64,000 nucleotides of DNA. Origin: Eukaryota sp. GEM-RC1 (lineage: Eukaryota). This document shows, piece by piece, positions 13,151 through 22,743 of the stretch. The first letter of the stretch is position 1. The number at the start of each line of letters is the position of its first letter. A program made the position numbers and the translations under genes. The notes beneath the pieces were generated by a model, which was given only the letters and a program-made list of their open reading frames with translations, searched no databases and had not been told where the DNA came from. Where the stretch lies: NCBI GenBank assembly GCA_040285855.1, contig JAUFOQ010000001.1:868001-932000 (forward strand), read 5' to 3'.

Positions 13151-13292
13151 AACTAAATGATGATTAATTTCATCGACTGTTTGTCGCTTTACACAGTTGC
13201 ATTTGAGGCTTTAGATTTTGCAGACCTCTTGTGCAAATCGCTGGTTTTCATTTGGGTGTCTTTGAGAGCAATGAATATGTCATATCAGGAGA

Positions 13293-13460
13293 AGTTCAAT
13301 CCCTTGTTCCCAAGGCGTTTTCTCGAAACCACTTCATCAAACCTTCTTCGATTCCTTGTTTGGTTCAAAATGGAGTTTTTAGCTGGTTAGATTTAATGAA
13401 ATAGCTGTTACATGTAGATTGTAGTTGTTTTGTTGTGTAAATTTGTTATATTCATTCGTT
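13293..13460 (+). pseudogene. Duplicated 3' end plus UTR of the 13613-14188 gene
   Basis: GTTCAATCCCTTGTTCCCAAG...TTTAGCTGGTTAGATTTAATGAAATAG matches 14078-14188. Confidence 0.85.
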
Positions 13461-13612
13461 CTTCATTATACTAGTGTTTAAGGATGTTACTGCAGTAATC
13501 GAAGATGTAACAGTCCTCTCTAGTACATGAGTTTTATGACTTTCATGATCTTTGAAAGAGATTTTGGTTCCAAGCGTGAGATTTGATTGCATCATTTCAT
13601 CTTTGTTGTTTC

Positions 13613-14188
13613 ATGAGACTATCCTTACTTTTGATCGGGCTTTTGCTTGTCATAGCCGCACAGGCCTTTACTCTCCCAGACTCTTTTGCTACTATTCTTG
13701 AGGACGTGGACGGGGAACTTTTCTATGCCGATGTTGATCAGAAAGTCGACGGCTTTGGCCGCGCTCGTATGAGAACCAATGTTTGGGGATTTGATGTTGA
13801 TGCTTTCATTGAGAAAGTCGGCGTCACCGGCATAACCAGAACAGTTTTCACTGGACATGGACACACTCAATGTGTTCAAACCGATGTACTATTTCCTTTC
13901 GCCAACGTCTACACCGCTACTCTCACTAAGAAAGAACCAGTTCGATACAAGCATCTAGAAGTAGATGTTTATGTCCAAGAATCTGGTGAACTTGCTGGAC
14001 AGTTCTTCTTCGTAGATGGTAACAAACCCCTTGCTTTCGGTACCTTTAACAATAATGACTATATCTTAGAAGGAACTGTTCAATCTCTTGTTCCCAAGTC
14101 TTTTTCTCGAAACCACTTCATCAAACCTTCTTCTATTCATTGTGTCATTGAAAACGGGGTTTTTAGCTGGTTAGATTTAATGAAGTAG
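13613..14188 (+). CDS. Secreted protein of unknown function (~191 aa, signal peptide)
   Basis: MRLSLLLIGLLLVIAAQA-FT signal-peptide pattern; clean ORF with coding-like codon usage; family not recognised. Confidence 0.75.
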   Translation: MRLSLLLIGLLLVIAAQAFTLPDSFATILEDVDGELFYADVDQKVDGFGRARMRTNVWGFDVDAFIEKVGVTGITRTVFTGHGHTQCVQTDVLFPFANVYTATLTKKEPVRYKHLEVDVYVQESGELAGQFFFVDGNKPLAFGTFNNNDYILEGTVQSLVPKSFSRNHFIKPSSIHCVIENGVFSWLDLMK

Positions 14189-14246
14189 TTTTAGACTACT
14201 TATACTTTTGTTGTTAGTTTCATGTAAATTTGTTGCACTCTGACTA

Positions 14247-14908
14247 TTAGTCCAATGTTTTAATCATTATATACCAACACTTAAATTCTTCACCCATAAC
14301 TTTCTCTAGAACATTACTACAAATCTGTTGTTCTATTACATAATTTTTCTTCTTGTACAGCTTACATGCAGGATTAGTAGCATAGCATTGTAGACCAATC
14401 TCATTAACAGATTCACCACAAAAGTCCTTTTGTAGTGAAATCCATTGATGTAAACTGTCAAGGATTCTCCCTCCGATTCCTTGTCCTTGAAATTGCTCTT
14501 TAACTGCTAAGAATGATAGCTCGGGGTTTTTACCATGATGTGTGGTGATATCAAAAGATGAGCAAATTCAGCTCGAGCTTTTAATAGCTCTCTAAGTTTA
14601 GAAGGAGTTAACATGAACAGAATCCTGATATAGAACAACAGTCTATTGAGAAGGCTTACGGTTCGAGATAAAGAAGTTGTCATTAGAGCCACTCCAATGA
14701 CTTCGTTGTCCTTTAACGCCACCACTTTGGTCTGAGCTGGGATAATGTCGTGTGTGTACATCAATTTGACCAATTTCTTACTCTTAGCTTCATCATTGAG
14801 CTGCAACATGTATTTTGAGTAAAAGTTGTTCGCCACTATGTTCTGAATTTGTTCCTCATGGTCATTAGACAGTTTCTGCCGTGTAATAAGAATCTGACAG
14901 TCAGACAT
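14247..14908 (-). CDS. GNAT-family acetyltransferase (split by a 1-nt deficit in a T run at ~14553-14556)
   Basis: VVALKDNEVIGVA; after adding one T the frame continues ELSFLAVKEQFQGQGIGGRIL (motif A) ... NPACKLYKKKNY ... MIKTLD*. Confidence 0.8.
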
Positions 14909-15227
14909 TAGAAGCAAGAAAGTTCGCAGATCAGTTTGAACGAAACAGTGGTGATCATGGTCTGTTGTAGATGATGCCGTCTATCACCAGTATCCGATAC
15001 TACTGCATTCCCACTGGATCAGCTGTTGTTTTCTAATGAACAACCACTGACTACGATTGAACAGAGACTCACGGGACAGGGTTAATGATGTTCTTAGTGA
15101 ATACTGTATGTAGAATAACATGACAACTTGTGTTCAGTTCAACTACAACGTTACCTCATTTGAACTACTTGAAATGATCATTCCAAAGAACCTCTTAGTT
15201 AATACCAAGAAACGAGCATTTATGAAT

Positions 15228-17901
15228 ATATTTCGATATATGTTGTCAATTGTTAAGAAGTCCAATAGAAAAATTAAACCTGTTCTTAAGTCTCAAGGTA
15301 GTGATAAGTTTATTGCTAAAAGATTTCAAAATCTTGTTTTACGAGGTCAGTTTTCTTCTGCTTTGTCCTCCCTTAATCACACACTTCCAGCTGAAGTTTC
15401 TGTTGAAACTGTTGAAAAACTGAAAAAATTACACCATGTTGAAGAATTTTCAGGCAATCCGGTTTTTGGTGAGCTTTCCATGTCGTACTGGACTAACAAA
15501 CCTGTTTTAGTTGATGAAATTTTACAATTAATTTCGTCATCCCCTTCTGGTCGTGCTGCTGGTCCTTCTGGTATGAGTTTTGATCATTTTAAAATTGCCG
15601 TTAATGCTGTTCCTGAAATTTGTGAAGATCTTGCTGTTTTCTTTAATGAAGTTTTATTAGGCACAAAGAAATTACCTCATGCTCTTTGCTCTTCTAGATT
15701 AGTGGCTTTAAGCAAACCAAATGGAGGTGTGAGACCAATTGCAGTGGGTGAAACAATTTCTCGTATTTTTTCAACTTTGTGCTTTAGGAGAGTCAGAGAT
15801 TCCTCTGTTGAATTCTTTAGACCGTTTCAATTTGCAGTTGGAGTTCCTGATGGTACTACGTGTGCTGCTTTAACCTCTGATTTTCTTTTTCATTCAAATG
15901 AGGAAAATGCCATTTTGAACATTGATTTTAAAAATGCATTTAATTGTGTTTTAAGATCAACTATATCTGACGAACTTTCTAAATTTTTTCCTCAGTTGAT
16001 TCCCTATTTTAATATTTTTTATGGTAAAGCGTCGAATTTAATTTATGACAAGTTTGATATTAAATCAACTAGAGGGGTTAAGCAAGGTGATCCTTTGGGT
16101 CCTTTTTTGTTTTGTCTCGCTCTGCAAAAATTATTTAAAATCTTACAATTAGAATTTCCAACTGTTAAAATTTGTGCTTATGCTGATGATTCTTCGCTGA
16201 TCGCTCCAGTTGACGTTCTCAAAAAGTGTTTTTCACGTTTCATCGAACTTTCTTTGAGTATTGGTTTAACAATCAATTTTGATAAGTGTTTTCTTGTTGT
16301 TAAGTCTTCGAATGTTTCTAATCTTGGTTTTTGTAATATTCATATCATCGATTATTCTACTCAATGTTTTCGTTTCCTTGGCACGTTTTTGGGAAATTAT
16401 GAGAAAATTCATTCAGAATTGGAGAGTTCATTAACTACAATTGAAGAAAAACTAAATCAAATATTATCTTTAGATGTGAGCAAACATGTTTCCTTTGCTA
16501 TGCTTCAGGTCTGTTTTTCCGGGAAAATTAATCATTTTTTACGTTCATTAGACTATTCCCTTACTGAAACATTTGCCAAGAAATTTAATTCTATTAGAAC
16601 AAATTTTCTCTCTAACTTGGCTGAAATTGATGAGTCTAAGATTCCATTTCATGCTTTTTATTCTTCTGAATTCGCAGGAGTAGGTTTCACCCATGCAAAA
16701 ATCATTAGAAAATCTGCTCTTTTAGGAGGTGTTAAGAATTTTATGTTTGAATTTTTGAAACGGTTTCCCTTGGATGGAATCAATCTGTTGAATTCCAGTA
16801 ATTGCCGTTGGATTCAATCTGCTAAAGATTTGTTATCATCTTTGTCTCCTGAAATGTGGGAATCTTTGTTCCCTGCTCATTTGAAGGAGACTCCTTTAAA
16901 AATATTTCATCTCTACCATCTGCTGTATGTAAGCTGCAAAATAAATTGACAAGGAGTTTGAACTCTTGGACTTTAATAATCGTATTAGCTTGGCTAAAAC
17001 TAATAGTCCCGAGTTCGCTGCTTTTTTAATCGATCTTTGTAATAGTGGACCTTCTGGATTTATTTCTCAAATTCCAAAGGTGTATGGATTACATCTATCT
17101 GATGAAGCTTGGATGATCAATATGCGTCTTCGTTTGGCTATTTGGCCTGCAAATTTATTAAACTATTCAACGTGCTCTTGTGGAGCTAATGGTGTTTTTC
17201 GTCATTTAATTAATTGTCGTTATTTTATTCATCTCCGTGCAGTAATTCATGATGGTGTACGTGATTCTTGTTATTCCATGTTTAAAGCACATGGTTTTCA
17301 CTCTAAAGTTGAACCAGTTTTGAATCATCTTTCAGAAAATGAATTTACTGATCAAAAACGAGGGGATCTACATACTCCGTGGCTTAAATCGAGTCAAGCA
17401 TTAATGGATTTTACTACAGTAGATGTATGTAACAAATCTTGTGTTAGTAGGATATTAGATTCTTCTTTTAATCCATTAACAGCAGCTGAAAAGCTCAAAC
17501 ACACCAAGTATGACTCTCAAGTAGAAGAATTAAATAGAAACTCATATTCCAAATTTGTGTTTCAACCTTTTGCTGTTTCTCTTTTTGGATCTATTAGTCC
17601 TGCTGGTGATCAATTTTTCAAGGATTTCGAAGAATTGTGTAAAGAAAAGAAGCGTAAGTTTAGAATGGCTGAATGGAAAAACCGTATAGTGTTTTCCATA
17701 TATCGGAATATGCCTTTCTATTTCTCTAGATTAATTGAGAAATTGTACAAGTTTGGTGTGAAGGTTCATGTAGATAAACGTAATCTTTTACCGGGTGGTG
17801 ATGAAGTCGTTTGGATTTAATCTTAGTATTATTTGTTTGTTTTTACAATTTCATAGTTTGTAGAAAGGTTACCTTATTAGGTGCCGAATAAACATCTCTC
17901 T
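15228..17901 (+). mobile_element. CRE/SLACS-clade non-LTR retrotransposon (RT plus restriction-like endonuclease), probably 5'-truncated, near-intact
   Basis: RT motifs RPIAVGE, QFAVG, DFKNAFN, GVKQGDPLGPFLF, YADD, FLG; CxC-H-C knuckle, HD, RGD..D, AEKLK..KY, FQPFAVSLFG; ORFs 15120-16949 and 16966-17820 joined by two 1-nt deficits; candidate 11-bp TSD CATTTATGAAT at 15217-15227 and 17902-17912. Confidence 0.9.
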
Positions 17902-18040
17902 CATTTATGAATGCTCTGTCACTCTCTTAAGAATATTCTTAATATATATTATGTACTTCTCTATTAAGAAGGTTACCCTGGATATAAGCAATGTACAGAA
18001 AATAAACCGAAATTAATTTATTCAAAACTTGAAATTCTAA

Positions 18041-20557
18041 TTAAAAATTGAATTGCAAACACCAATCTTCATTAGTAAAAACATTAGGTTTCTTAATTAC
18101 AAGTCTACCGTTATCACTAAAGAAATCAATATCAATTCCTTCATTAGTGACACTAACTGGAGAACTAACACCAAACAGACAAATTCGTTCAATTTCAATC
18201 TTTTTAAATTCTTTTTCTTGAACAGTCCAGCAAAGTGAGTTGTTACCCATTTCAATAACCGCATCATCAATCTTATTTGATTGATAATCATACGACACAC
18301 CATCATCGTTATAGTACCTTCCAGAAGCAGTTCCTTCACGATCGACTGCCACATCCAAAGTGATGGGATCCAATACCATAAACGCTGTGGACCTTCTTAA
18401 ACGGAATTTCCTTGGGATAATAGATCCTGCACGTTGTAACACTGGAATAGAATCAACATCGACATTAAAAACGAAATTATTAGAAATTTCTTGACCATTT
18501 CTAACATCAAACCACTCAGTATTACTCGGTAGATCCAAAGACAAGGAAGTTTGACCAGGGGATAGAACAGGAACCACTAGAATATCATTACCAACAAGCA
18601 AAACCTCTTCATTATCAACAAAGTCATCTCCAATCATCCACAGAGGACGTAATGGTGGAACACCGCTATCTTCAAGTTCTTTAAACAACAACTTCCAATA
18701 AGGCAAGTAACTATACCTCTGAATCAGCACTTTCCTAATCCGTGATTCAGTTTCCTTTCCATACAACCAAGGCTCACGTCTAGGTGAGTCTAAATGAGCA
18801 TGACTTCTCATGAATGGATACCAAGCACCTAGTTGATACCATCTTGTAATAAGCTCAGCATCAGGATGGTCAAAAAACCCTCCAATATCAGCTCCAACGA
18901 AAGGAATACCACTTATTGAAAGAGAAAGTAACATTGGGATGGAGATTCGTAAATGATTCCAGTCAGCGGTGTTATCTCCTGTCCACACCGCTACCCCAGT
19001 ACTTCCACTCCCAGCAAAGAAAGACCTGGTTAGAATGAAAGGTCTGGAGCCAGGATTGTCCAGTAGAAGTCCTTGTTTAGTAGAAGAGTGCATAAGGAAG
19101 CCATAGAGATTATGGACTTGTCTATTCTCGACCCACTGACTGCCATCAAAGTGCATCACGTCACGTGGAGCAGTTGTTTCAGCGTGATTGAAGACAGAAA
19201 ACTCATTCATATCGTTCCATTGATGAAGAGTGTGAGTTTTACCCTTGTAATTAGTAGACTTATACAACTCTGCCCAGAAAGATCGAGCTTCGGGATTAAG
19301 ATAGTCAATGTAGTGACTAGTACCAGGCCAACAATGACCTTCAAAGGGAGTTTTCTTATCAGAGTTCATAATGTAAACGTTCTTGGCAAGAGCTTGCTTG
19401 TGCACGTGATATGATGAATCTTTTTTGATATGAGGGTCAGTGATTGTGACCATACGACGACCAAGAGACCATAAAGTGTTTTGTAGACCTTCTGGATCTG
19501 GAAAGTGGCGTGGGTCCCAAGTGAAATACCTTTTCCCCTTAGTATGCTCTATATCTAACCAAATGGTATCAACTGGAAGATCTCGAGTTTCAAACTCGTC
19601 TAACAGCTTCAGAACGTCCTTTTCATCTCTGTAGTTCCACTTACATTGGTGATATCCAAGAGCAAAGTCAGGAGGTGGAGGGAAGCTTCCAGTGATGGAT
19701 CTCCATTGAGAGAAGACTTTGGTAGGAGTTGGTCCAAGGAGGATGAAAGCATCGAGAGAAGAGGATTCTGAGTAGAAGTAGGAGGTGGAGTTAGTAGGGG
19801 AGTGGTCAATGTCTACGTAGGAGTCGCTGGGGTTGTTCCAAAAGACAGCAGTGGTAGAGGGACCACGGGAGAAGAGGAAGGGAACAGAGCCATAGAGAGG
19901 GAAGGAGGAGTCGACTTCGTATTGGAAGACATCGAGGTTGAACAATCTAATGGGTTCATCAGAAGAGAGAGTTGAGGGGAGCGAGAAAGGAAGGGAATGT
20001 TCAGGGAGACCGTGTAGAGAGGTCGAAGAGGGGAAGGTGAAGTCTAGTGCGATAGAACCAGGGGAAGGAGATAGGTAGAGGAACTGGTTAGAATTGAGGA
20101 GGACAGAGGGACTAGCGAGGTCGTTTCCAGCAGAGAGAGTGAATGAAGAGCCAACTTCAGCAGGGATGGAGAGTAAGCAGTCACCCCAGGAACAAATGTA
20201 GTTGGAGTCAGTAGAGGAGCAGTCCACAGAGAAAGAAAGAGGTGGATCAGCAATTGCGTGTTCAGAATGGTACCGATCAACACCGTTATTAGCTTCGAAA
20301 CGGAAGATGCAATCATCATAGAAAGAGAGTTTGACATCGATTGTAGAAGGATCTTCGTGGCTTGTAAGGGAAAATGATAGAGAAGAGTCAGAGTTTAATG
20401 AAGGAAAGGATGATAAGATAAGTGGGGGAAGGTCTGATCGTAGCCTGTCCCGGTGATATGTACAATGTTCGAAGTCTTTACAAAACTTCCATTTCTGTCG
20501 ATCAAATGCAAGTGAAAGAAGGACAAGATGAGCTAGAAAGAAGATGATGTAGCGCAT
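18041..20557 (-). CDS. GANAB: ER alpha-glucosidase II catalytic alpha subunit (GH31), 838 aa from MRYIIFF
   Basis: Signal peptide then FDRQKWKFC; RLFNLDVFQYE, LGYHQCKWNY, IWLDIEH, WNDMNE nucleophile, WTGDN, GADIGGF, RWYQLGAWYPFMRSHAH, RREPW. Confidence 0.95.
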   Translation of the reverse strand: MRYIIFFLAHLVLLSLAFDRQKWKFCKDFEHCTYHRDRLRSDLPPLILSSFPSLNSDSSLSFSLTSHEDPSTIDVKLSFYDDCIFRFEANNGVDRYHSEHAIADPPLSFSVDCSSTDSNYICSWGDCLLSIPAEVGSSFTLSAGNDLASPSVLLNSNQFLYLSPSPGSIALDFTFPSSTSLHGLPEHSLPFSLPSTLSSDEPIRLFNLDVFQYEVDSSFPLYGSVPFLFSRGPSTTAVFWNNPSDSYVDIDHSPTNSTSYFYSESSSLDAFILLGPTPTKVFSQWRSITGSFPPPPDFALGYHQCKWNYRDEKDVLKLLDEFETRDLPVDTIWLDIEHTKGKRYFTWDPRHFPDPEGLQNTLWSLGRRMVTITDPHIKKDSSYHVHKQALAKNVYIMNSDKKTPFEGHCWPGTSHYIDYLNPEARSFWAELYKSTNYKGKTHTLHQWNDMNEFSVFNHAETTAPRDVMHFDGSQWVENRQVHNLYGFLMHSSTKQGLLLDNPGSRPFILTRSFFAGSGSTGVAVWTGDNTADWNHLRISIPMLLSLSISGIPFVGADIGGFFDHPDAELITRWYQLGAWYPFMRSHAHLDSPRREPWLYGKETESRIRKVLIQRYSYLPYWKLLFKELEDSGVPPLRPLWMIGDDFVDNEEVLLVGNDILVVPVLSPGQTSLSLDLPSNTEWFDVRNGQEISNNFVFNVDVDSIPVLQRAGSIIPRKFRLRRSTAFMVLDPITLDVAVDREGTASGRYYNDDGVSYDYQSNKIDDAVIEMGNNSLCWTVQEKEFKKIEIERICLFGVSSPVSVTNEGIDIDFFSDNGRLVIKKPNVFTNEDWCLQFNF

Positions 20558-20654
20558 TTTACCACAACGAAGGGATTTTGGAACTAAGTGAAGGGTGAAC
20601 TTGTGTTGTTGAAAGAGTTCTAGTTCCTTGTTTTCTATACTTCTGTTGAAACTC

Positions 20655-22180
20655 GTGTCTTTTTCTCTTCCCTCAGTAGAAACTCTGTCTATCATTCTTG
20701 ATGAACCCTTCCTCTCTAACCAAACCATTTCTTTTGGTGAAGAATCCATTGAAGTTAATAAGTTCGTGCTTGCTGCACATTCGTCGTACTTTAGATCCCT
20801 CTGGTTCTTGGAGTTTGGGGACAAGCTTGAGAACCCAATTGACTTCTCTCATCTTCCTGTCTGCTCTGACATCTTCTTTCTATTCATCAAGTCTTTTTAT
20901 GATCGACCATTTACACTTGAAGAGAAGAACGCCTACAACTACTTTTACCTCGTCCACTACTTCCAAGTGGACAAACTCATTGACCACGTGGAAAACCACC
21001 TAAACACTAATCTCATGACCTGGGCTTGGTTAAAACCATTCATTAAAGAAGCAGATGAAAGAAATGACTTGAGAGCTCTGGAATTCGTTGGTCCTTTCTT
21101 TTCTAAGATTGATGACATATTGATTGATGACGTGATGGCAATCACTACTGAAGGGTTTAAATCGCTTGTAAAATACTGTACTTCCACTCAATCACTGTCA
21201 TGGTTCATCAAATCAATGGTGGAATCAATTTTGACTCAAAGTTTCGATTTGAACCAATTTTTACATATTTTAAAGTATTGCTCAATTGAAGCCTTTTCTT
21301 TTCAACAATGGGATGAGTTTCTGTTTGTTCCTTTAAAAGATGTTGAAGAATTGGAAGTCGATTTGATGAAGTTTTTGTTTACAAGAGTTAAGAATCTGTA
21401 TTTTGATTCGTTGGTGAAGGAAAATTGTGATTTGCAGGAAGAAAATTCTGAATTAAAAACCAAAGTTTCTGAAGTAGAAAGCAAAAATGCCGACTTAAAC
21501 TCAATTACTACTGAATTAAGGACACAAGTTCATGATTCAAAGGCAGAAAACACTCATTTGAAGACAACAAATTTTGAGTTAACGACTGAAAACCAGAATT
21601 TAACTACTTCAAAGTCTAATGAAATCACAAAACTACAACAAGAAATTGAACAACTAAAAAAACCGCTGTAGAAACTCAACTGGTGTCTCAATCAGTTCCT
21701 CAATCAAAAATGATTAGATTCTCTCAAAATAGAAAGAATTCTCAGTTACAAGTTAGTGGGGATAGAAAGAGAGTTGTTGTGCGAAGTGGGAATCATGTTT
21801 GTGGAAATATCTTGGGAGAAGATCCACTTCTTCCAGGTAATGTTTATACTTGGAAGTTGAGGTACCAGGGGGATCGTTATGGTCTTTTTGTTGGAGTCAT
21901 TGATGAGTCAAAGTTTAGTAGGAATGATAAGTCTTCAAGAGCACACGGTATTTTCAATACTGGTATCATTCAAGGTTGTCTCTCAGGAAACAACACTAAG
22001 TGGAATCGTGGTGAATTACTCGAAATCAATGTAAGTCTAGTTAATTACACTTTAACCATCAAATCCGTGAGTAGTTCCTCAATTAATCTTACTGGAACTC
22101 TTCCCAGATTAAGTAGTGGTAATTATTATCCATTTGCTAGGTTATATTATAGTGATCATGTTCTTGAAATCGTTGAATAA
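20655..22180 (+). CDS. BTB/POZ - coiled coil - SPRY-like protein, copy A (GTG at the start position; 1-nt deficit in an A run at ~21656-21662)
   Basis: IEVNKFVLAAHSSYFRSLW BTB motif; heptad region; the paralog at 48756 reads through KKTPTETQLVS where this copy shifts; SPRY-like YTWKLRY..LFVGVID..GELLEI..YYPFA. Confidence 0.8.
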
Positions 22181-22743
22181 AATTGATAACATTGTCATTG
22201 TGGGTAAGTCTCCTTATTTAAAGCAGTGATTCAAATTAGTTTATCAATTTTGAAACTAATTCGAGTAAAAGACGTCAACTACTGAAAGTTGACATGTATA
22301 CAGAATGATCAACAACTTGCTTTAAATACAGGTACAAATCTACCCCCCTCAAAAACCTGGTTTTCTTCTCTATTCGAACTTTCTGTCTTTCACTTTTTGA
22401 AACACACTTTATATTCCAACAACAAAACAATACTAAGCTTTCTTTACCGTGTTTGAGACAGTATCTAATTAGATACTTCAACAGAATCATCTGTTCAAGT
22501 AATTGGTAGGTCTTTTTTATCAATACCAATTCCGTTTATGAAAAATGTTGTGTAGAAGAAGTTGTTCGAGTTTTACTAGTCGGCTTCGTATACGATCGAA
22601 AGAGTGTTGGAAAACGATGTCTTTAAAAAATTAGGGAAAAGTTTAACAAAAGAATCTATACAAACTGTATTACATCAAATAATAAAAATCAAAATCACAA
22701 TAAAAAGGTCACTCAATAACACACTCAACTCGATACAAAAAAT

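Noticed and set aside
15120..17820. DGR, retron or group II intron reverse transcriptase linked to the variable genes
   Set aside because: Motifs and the C-terminal zinc knuckle plus RLE domain place it among CRE-type non-LTR elements; no template repeat was found
20558..20824. 89-aa N-terminal extension of glucosidase II in the ORF track
   Set aside because: It is largely the antisense of the BTB gene (the same shadow ORF appears at 48710-48973); the signal peptide begins at the ATG at 20557
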